A DNA stretch of 64,000 nt, taken from positions 35,650,001 through 35,714,000 of the forward strand of contig OZ024750.1 of the NCBI GenBank assembly GCA_964016885.1. The letters are read 5' to 3'. Shown here in pieces: positions 53,836-64,000 of the stretch (the stretch's first letter is position 1; each line of letters opens with the position of its first letter). Position numbers and translations under genes: made by a program. Source of the stretch: Eledone cirrhosa. Taxonomy: Eukaryota. The notes under the pieces are model-generated. The model saw only the letters and a program-made list of their open reading frames with translations. It was not told where the DNA came from and did no database searches.

Positions 53836-56800
53836 AGTTATTATATTATACTGTTACTATATTATACTGTTACTATATTATACAGTTACTATATTATACA
53901 GTTACTATATTATACAGTTACTATAATATACTGTTACTATATTATACAGTTACTATATTATACTGTTACTATATTATACTGTTACTATATTATGTAGTTA
54001 CTATATTATACTGTTACTATATTATGTAGTTACTATATTATACTGTTACTATATTATACAGTTACTATATTATACTGTTACTATATTATACTGTTACTAT
54101 ATTATGTAGTTACTATATTATACAGTTACTATATTATACAGTTACTATATTATACTGTTACTATAATATGTAGTTACTATATTATACAGTTACTATATTA
54201 TGTAGTTACTATATTATGTAGTTACTATATTATACTGTTACTATATTATGTAGTTACTATATTATACTGTTACTATATTATGTAGTTACTATATTATACT
54301 GTTACTATATTATACTGTTACTATATTATACTGTTACTATATTATACAGTTACTATATTATGTAGTTACTATATTATACAGTTACTATATTATACAGTTA
54401 CTATATTATACTGTTACTATATTATACTGTTACTATGTTATACAGTTACTATATTATACTGTTACGATATTATATTGTTACTATATTATACTGTTACTAT
54501 ATTATACAGTTACTATATTATACTGTTACTATATTATGTAGTTACTATATTATACTGTTACTATATTATACAGTTACTATATTATACAGTTACTATATTA
54601 TACTGTTACTATATTATACAGTTACTATATTATACAGTTACTATATTATACAGTTACTATATTATACAGTTACTATATTATACTGTTACTATATTATACA
54701 GTTACTATATTATACAGTTACTATATTATGTAGTTACTATATTATACAGTTACTATATTATGTAGTTACTATATTATACTGTTACTATATTATACTGTTA
54801 CTATATTATACAGTTACTATATTATACTGTTACAATATTATGTAGTTACTATATTATACTGTTACTATATTATACAGTTACTATATTATACAGTTACTAT
54901 ATTATACTGTTACTATATTATACAGTTACTATATTATACAGTTACTCTATTATACAGTTACTATATTATACAGTTACTATATTATACTGTTACTATATTA
55001 TACAGTTACTATATTATACAGTTACTATATTATACTGTTACTATATTATACTATTACTATATTATACAGTTACTATATTATACTGTTACTATATTATACT
55101 GTTACTATATTATGTAGTTACTATATTATACTGTTACTATATTATGTAGTTACTATATTATGTAGTTACTATATTATACTGTTACTATATTATGTAGTTA
55201 CTATATTATACTGTTACTATATTATGTAGTTACTATATTATACTGTTACTATATTATACTGTTACTATATTATACTGTTACTATATTATACAGTTACTAT
55301 ATTATGTAGTTACTATATTATACAGTTACTATATTATACAGTTACTATATTATACAGTTACTATATTATACTGTTACTATATTATGTAGTTACTATATTA
55401 TACTGTTACTATATTATACTGTTACTATATTATACTGTTACTATATTATACAGTTACTATATTATGTAGTTACTATATTATACAGTTACTATATTATGTA
55501 GTTACTATATTATGTAGTTACTATATTATACTGTTACTATATTATGTAGTTACTATATTATACTGTTACTATATTATACAGTTACTATATTATGTAGTTA
55601 CTATATTATGTAGTTACTATATTATACTTTTACTATATTATGTAGTTACTATATTATACTGTTACTATATTATACAGTTACTATATTATACTGTTACTAT
55701 ATTATACTGTTACTATATTATGTAGTTACTATATTATACAGTTACTATATTATACAGTTACTATATTATACTGTTACTATAATATGTAGTTACTATATTA
55801 TACAGTTACTATATTATACAGTTACTATATTATACTGTTACTATATTATACAGTTACTATATTATACAGTTACTATGTTATACAGTTACTATATTATACT
55901 GTTACTATATTATACGGTTACTATATTATACAGTTACTATATTATACAGTTACTATATTATACTGTTACTATATTATACAGTTACTATATTATACTGTAA
56001 CTATATTATACAGTTACTATATTATACTGTTACTATATTATACTGTTACTATGTTATACAGTTACTATATTATGCTGTTACTATATTATACTGTTACTAT
56101 ATTATACTGTTACTATATTATACAGTTACTATATTATACTGTTACTATATTATGTAGTTACTATATTATACTGTTACTATATTATACAGTTACTATATTA
56201 TACAGTTACTATATTATACTGTTACTATATTATACAGTTACTATATTGTACAGTTACTATATTATACAGTTACTATATTATACTGTTACTACATTATACA
56301 GTTACTATATTATACAGTTACTATATTATGTAGTTAATATATTATACAGTTACTATATTATGTAGTTACTATATTATACTGTTACTATATTATACTGTTA
56401 CTATATTATACTGTTACTATATTATACAGTTACTATATTATATTGTTACTATATTATGTAGTTACTATATTATACTGTTACTATATTATACAGTTACTAT
56501 ATTATACAGTTACTATATTATACAGTTACTATATTATATAGTTACTATATTATACAGTTAGTATATTATGTAGTTACTATATTATGTAGTTACTATATTA
56601 TACTGTTACTATATTATGTAGTTACTATATTATACTGTTACTATATTATGTAGTTACTATATTATACTGTTACTATATTATACTGTTACTATATTATACT
56701 GTTACTATATTATACAGTTACTATATTATGTAGTTACTATATTATACAGTTACTATATTATACTGTTACTATATTATGTAGTTACTATATTATGCTGTTA

Positions 56801-59800
56801 CTATATTATACTGTTACTATATTATACTGTTACTATATTATACAGTTACTATATTATGTAGTTACTATATTATACAGTTACTATATTATGTAGTTACTAT
56901 ATTATGTAGTTACTATATTATACTGTTACTATATTATGTAATTACTATATTATACTGTTTCTATATTATACAGTTACTATATTATGTAGTTACTATATTA
57001 TACTGTTACTATATTATACTGTTACTATATTATACTGTTACTATATTATACAGTTACTATATTATACTGTTACTATATTATACTGTTACTATATTATGTA
57101 GTTACTATATTATACAGTTACTATATTATACAGTTACTATATTATACAGTTACTATAATATACTGTTACTATATTATACAGTTACTATATTATACTGTTA
57201 CTATATTATACTGTTACTATATTATGTAGTTACTATATTATACTGTTACTATATTATGTAGTTACTATATTATACTGTTACTATATTATACAGTTACTAT
57301 ATTATACTGTTACTATATTATACTGTTACTATATTATGTAGTTACTATATTATACAGTTACTATATTATACAGTTACTATATTATACTGTTACTATAATA
57401 TGTAGTTACTATATTATACAGTTACTATATTATGTAGTTACTATATTATGTAGTTACTATATTATACTGTTACTATATTATGTAGTTACTATATTATACT
57501 GTTACTATATTATGTAGTTACTATATTATACTGTTACTATATTATACTGTTACTATATTATACTGTTACTATATTATACAGTTACTATATTATGTAGTTA
57601 CTATATTATACAGTTACTATATTATACAGTTACTATATTATACTGTTACTATATTATACTGTTACTATGTTATACAGTTACTATATTATACTGTTACGAT
57701 ATTATATTGTTACTATATTATACTGTTACTATATTATACAGTTACTATATTATACTGTTACTATATTATGTAGTTACTATATTATACTGTTACTATATTA
57801 TACAGTTACTATATTATACAGTTACTATATTATACTGTTACTATATTATACAGTTACTATATTATACAGTTACTATATTATACAGTTACTATATTATACA
57901 GTTACTATATTATACTGTTACTATATTATACAGTTACTATATTATACAGTTACTATATTATGTAGTTACTATATTATACAGTTACTATATTATGTAGTTA
58001 CTATATTATACTGTTACTATATTATACTGTTACTATATTATACAGTTACTATATTATACTGTTACAATATTATGTAGTTACTATATTATACTGTTACTAT
58101 ATTATACAGTTACTATATTATACAGTTACTATATTATACTGTTACTATATTATACAGTTACTATATTATACAGTTACTCTATTATACAGTTACTATATTA
58201 TACAGTTACTATATTATACTGTTACTATATTATACAGTTACTATATTATACAGTTACTATATTATACTGTTACTATATTATACTATTACTATATTATACA
58301 GTTACTATATTATACTGTTACTATATTATACTGTTACTATATTATGTAGTTACTATATTATACTGTTACTATATTATGTAGTTACTATATTATGTAGTTA
58401 CTATATTATACTGTTACTATATTATGTAGTTACTATATTATACTGTTACTATATTATGTAGTTACTATATTATACTGTTACTATATTATACTGTTACTAT
58501 ATTATACTGTTACTATATTATACAGTTACTATATTATGTAGTTACTATATTATACAGTTACTATATTATACAGTTACTATATTATACAGTTACTATATTA
58601 TACTGTTACTATATTATGTAGTTACTATATTATACTGTTACTATATTATACTGTTACTATATTATACTGTTACTATATTATACAGTTACTATATTATGTA
58701 GTTACTATATTATACAGTTACTATATTATGTAGTTACTATATTATGTAGTTACTATATTATACTGTTACTATATTATGTAGTTACTATATTATACTGTTA
58801 CTATATTATACAGTTACTATATTATGTAGTTACTATATTATGTAGTTACTATATTATACTTTTACTATATTATGTAGTTACTATATTATACTGTTACTAT
58901 ATTATACAGTTACTATATTATACTGTTACTATATTATACTGTTACTATATTATGTAGTTACTATATTATACAGTTACTATATTATACAGTTACTATATTA
59001 TACTGTTACTATAATATGTAGTTACTATATTATACAGTTACTATATTATACAGTTACTATATTATACTGTTACTATATTATACAGTTACTATATTATACA
59101 GTTACTATGTTATACAGTTACTATATTATACTGTTACTATATTATACGGTTACTATATTATACAGTTACTATATTATACAGTTACTATATTATACTGTTA
59201 CTATATTATACAGTTACTATATTATACTGTAACTATATTATACAGTTACTATATTATACTGTTACTATATTATACTGTTACTATGTTATACAGTTACTAT
59301 ATTATGCTGTTACTATATTATACTGTTACTATATTATACTGTTACTATATTATACAGTTACTATATTATACTGTTACTATATTATGTAGTTACTATATTA
59401 TACTGTTACTATATTATACAGTTACTATATTATACAGTTACTATATTATACTGTTACTATATTATACAGTTACTATATTGTACAGTTACTATATTATACA
59501 GTTACTATATTATACTGTTACTACATTATACAGTTACTATATTATACAGTTACTATATTATGTAGTTAATATATTATACAGTTACTATATTATGTAGTTA
59601 CTATATTATACTGTTACTATATTATACTGTTACTATATTATACTGTTACTATATTATACAGTTACTATATTATATTGTTACTATATTATGTAGTTACTAT
59701 ATTATACTGTTACTATATTATACAGTTACTATATTATACAGTTACTATATTATACAGTTACTATATTATATAGTTACTATATTGTACAGTTAGTATATTA

Positions 59801-62800
59801 TGTAGTTACTATATTATGTAGTTACTATATTATACTGTTACTATATTATGTAGTTACTATATTATACTGTTACTATATTATGTAGTTACTATATTATACT
59901 GTTACTATATTATACTGTTACTATATTATACTGTTACTATATTATACAGTTACTATATTATGTAGTTACTATATTATACAGTTACTATATTATACTGTTA
60001 CTATATTATGTAGTTACTATATTATGCTGTTACTATATTATACTGTTACTATATTATACTGTTACTATATTATACAGTTACTATATTATGTAGTTACTAT
60101 ATTATACAGTTACTATATTATGTAGTTACTATATTATGTAGTTACTATATTATACTGTTACTATATTATGTAATTACTATATTATACTGTTTCTATATTA
60201 TACAGTTACTATATTATGTAGTTACTATATTATACTGTTACTATATTATACTGTTACTATATTATACAGTTACTATATTATGTAGTTATTTTATTATACA
60301 GTTACTATATTATACAGTTACTATATTATACAGTTACTATATTATACAGTTACTATATTATACAGTTACTATATTATGTAGTTACTATGTTATACAGTTA
60401 CTATATTATGTAGTTACTATATTATACAGTTACTATATTATACTGTTACTATATTATACAGTTACTATATTATACAGTTACTATATTATACTGTTACTAT
60501 ATTATGTAGTTACTATATTATACTGTTACTATATTATACTGTTACTATATTATACTGTTACTATGTTATACAGTTACTATATTATACTGTTACTATATTA
60601 TACAGTTACTATATTATACTGTTACTATATTATACAGTTACTATATTATACTGTTACTATATTATACTGTTACTATATTATACTGTTACTATGTTATACA
60701 GTTACTATATTATACTGTTACTATATTATACAGTAACTATATTATACAGTTAGTATATCATACTGTTACTATATTATGTAGTTACTATATTATACTGTTA
60801 CTATATTATACTGTTACTATATTATACTGTTACTATATTATACAGTTACTATATTATACTGTTACTATATTATACAGTTACTATATTATACAGTATAATA
60901 TAGTAACAGTATAATATAGTAACAGTATATTATACAGTTACTATATTGTGTAGTTACTATATTATACAGTTACTATATTATGTAGTTACTATATTATACA
61001 GTTACTATATTATAGTGTTACTATATTATACAGTTACTATATTATACTGTTACTATATTAAACTGTTACTATATTATACTGTTACTATATTATACTGTTA
61101 CTATATTATACTGTTACTATATTATGTAGTTACTATATTATACAGTTACTATATTATACAGTTACTATATTATACAGTTACTATATTATACAGTTACTAT
61201 ATTATACTGTTACTATATTATACAGTTACTATATTATACAGTTACTATATTATACGGTTACTATATTATACTGTTACTATATTATACAGTTACTATATTA
61301 TACTGTTACTATATTATACTGTTACTATATTATACAGTTACTATATTATACTGTTACTATATTATACAGTTACTATATTATACAGTTACTATATTATACG
61401 GTTACTATATTATACTGTTACTATATTATACAGTTACTATATTATACTGTTACTATATTATACAGTTACTATATTATACTGTTACTATATTATACTGTTA
61501 CTATATTATGTAGTTACTATATTATACAGTTACTATATTATACAGTTACTATATTATACAGTTACTATATTATACAGTTACTATATTATACTGTTACTAT
61601 ATTATACAGTTACTATATTATACAGTTACTATATTATACGGTTACTATATTATACTGTTACTATATTATACAGTTACTATATTATACTGTTACTATATTA
61701 TACTGTTACTATATTATACAGTTACTATATTATACTGTTACTATATTATACAGTTACTATATTATACAGTTACTATATTATACGGTTACTATATTATACT
61801 GTTACTATATTATACAGTTACTATATTATACTGTTACTATATTATACAGTTACTATATTATACTGTTACTATATTATACAGTTACTATAATATACTGTTA
61901 CGATATTATACAGTTACTATATTATACAGTTACTATATTATACTGTTACTATATTATACAGTTACTATATTATACTGTTACTATATTATACTGTTACTAT
62001 ATTATACAGTTACTATATTATACTGTTACTATATTATACTGTTACTATATTATACAGTTACTATATTATACAGTTACTATATTATACTGTTACTATATTA
62101 TACTGTTACTATATTATACTGTTAATATATTATACTGTTACTATATTATACAGTTACTATATTATACTGTTACTATATTATACAGTTACTATATTATACT
62201 GTTACTATATTATGTAGTTACTATATTATACTGTTACTATATTATGTAGTTACTATATTATACAGTTACTATATTGTAAAGTTACTATATTATACAGTTA
62301 CTATATTATACTGTTACTATATTATACAGTTACTATATTATACAGTTACTATACTATACTGTTACTATATTATACAGTTACTATATTATACAGTTACTAT
62401 ATTATACTGTTACTATATTATACAGTTACTATATTATACAGTTACTATATTATACAGTTACTATATTATACAGTTACTATATTATACTGTTACTATATTA
62501 TACAGTTACTATATTATACAGTTGCTATATTATACTGTTACTATATTATGTAGTTACTATATTATACAGTTACTATATTATACTGTTACTATATTATACT
62601 GTTACTATATTATACTGTTACTATATTATACAGTTACTATATTATACTGTTACTATATTATACTGTTACTATATTATACTGTTACTATATTATACTGTTA
62701 CTATATTATGTAGTTACTATATTATACTGTTACTATATTATGTAGTTACTATATTATACTATTACTATATTAAACTGTTACTATATTATACTGTTACTAT

Positions 62801-64000
62801 ATTATACAGTTACTATAATATGTAGTTACTATATTATAAAGTTACTATATTATACAGTTACTATATTATACAGTTACTATATTATACTGTTACTATATTA
62901 TGTAGTTACTATATTATACTGTTACTATATTATACTGTTACTATATTATACTGTTACTATATTATACAGTTACTATATTATGTAGTTACTATATTATACA
63001 GTTACTATATTATGTAGTTACTATATTATGTAGTTACTATATTATACTGTTACTATATTATGTAGTTACTATATTATACTGTTACTATATTATACAGTTA
63101 CTATATTATGTAGTTACTATATTATACTGTTACTATATTATACAGTTACTATATTATACTGTTACTATGTTATACAGTTACTATGTTATACTGTTACTAT
63201 ATTATACAGTTACTATATTATACTGTTACTATATTATACAGTTACTATATTATACTGTTACTATATTATAATGTTACTATATTATGTAGTTACTATATTA
63301 TACTGTTACTATATTATGTAGTTACTATATTATACAGTTACTATATTATACAGTTACTATATTATACAGTTACTATATTATACTGTTACTATATTATACA
63401 GTTACTATATTATACTGTTACTATATTATACAGTTACTATATTATACTGTTACTATATTATACTGTTACTATATTATACATTTACTATATTATACTGTTA
63501 CTATATTATACAGTTACTATATTATACAGTTACTATATTATACTGTTACTATATTATACAGTTACTATATTATACTGTTACTATATTATGTAGTTACTAT
63601 ATTATACTGTTACTATATTATGTAGTTACTATATTATACTATTACTATATTATGTAGTTACTATATTATACAGTTACTATATTATACAGTTACTATATTA
63701 TACTGTTACTATATTATACTGTTACTATATTATACTGTTACTATATTATGTAGTTACTATATTATACAGTTACTATATTATACTGTTACTATATTATGTA
63801 GTTACTATATTATACTGTTACTATATTATGTAGTTACTATATTATACAGTTACTATATTATACAGTTACTATATTATACAGTTACTATATTATACAGTTA
63901 CTATATTATACTGTTACTATATTATACAGTTACTATATTATACTGTTACTATATTATACTGTTACTATATTATACTGTTACTATATTATACTGTTACTAT
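53836..64000. repeat. 16-bp satellite GTTACTATATTA(TACT/TACA/TGTA), ~635 monomers, open at right edge
   Basis: Direct periodicity with three dominant monomer variants. Confidence 0.97.

Noticed and set aside
46206-63593. Tyr/Ile/His/Cys-rich ORFs
   Set aside because: Translations of microsatellites and the 16-bp satellite

Overview
AT-rich, repeat-dominated animal DNA, probably cephalopod/octopus (inferred from SINE/MITE style, not verified). 1-28 kb is an indel-free 51-bp satellite (~549 monomers) with nested higher-order duplications; 53.8-64 kb is a 16-bp satellite with a 3232-bp duplication and a micro-inversion. Between them is a mobile-element mosaic: five copies of a TTAA-flanked piggyBac-like MITE carrying a variable-copy 72-84-bp internal repeat, tRNA-derived SINEs, RTE LINE remnants with a PHD finger inside the RT region, a hAT MITE and simple repeats. 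The standout is a near-full-length Tx1-clade LINE (intact 1145-aa ORF2; ORF1 split by a -1 shift at an A8 run) inserted in the internal tandem repeat of one MITE, giving a 6.7-kb composite that resembles Xenopus Tx1C. No host gene is firmly supported; the giant repetitive ORFs are satellite artefacts.
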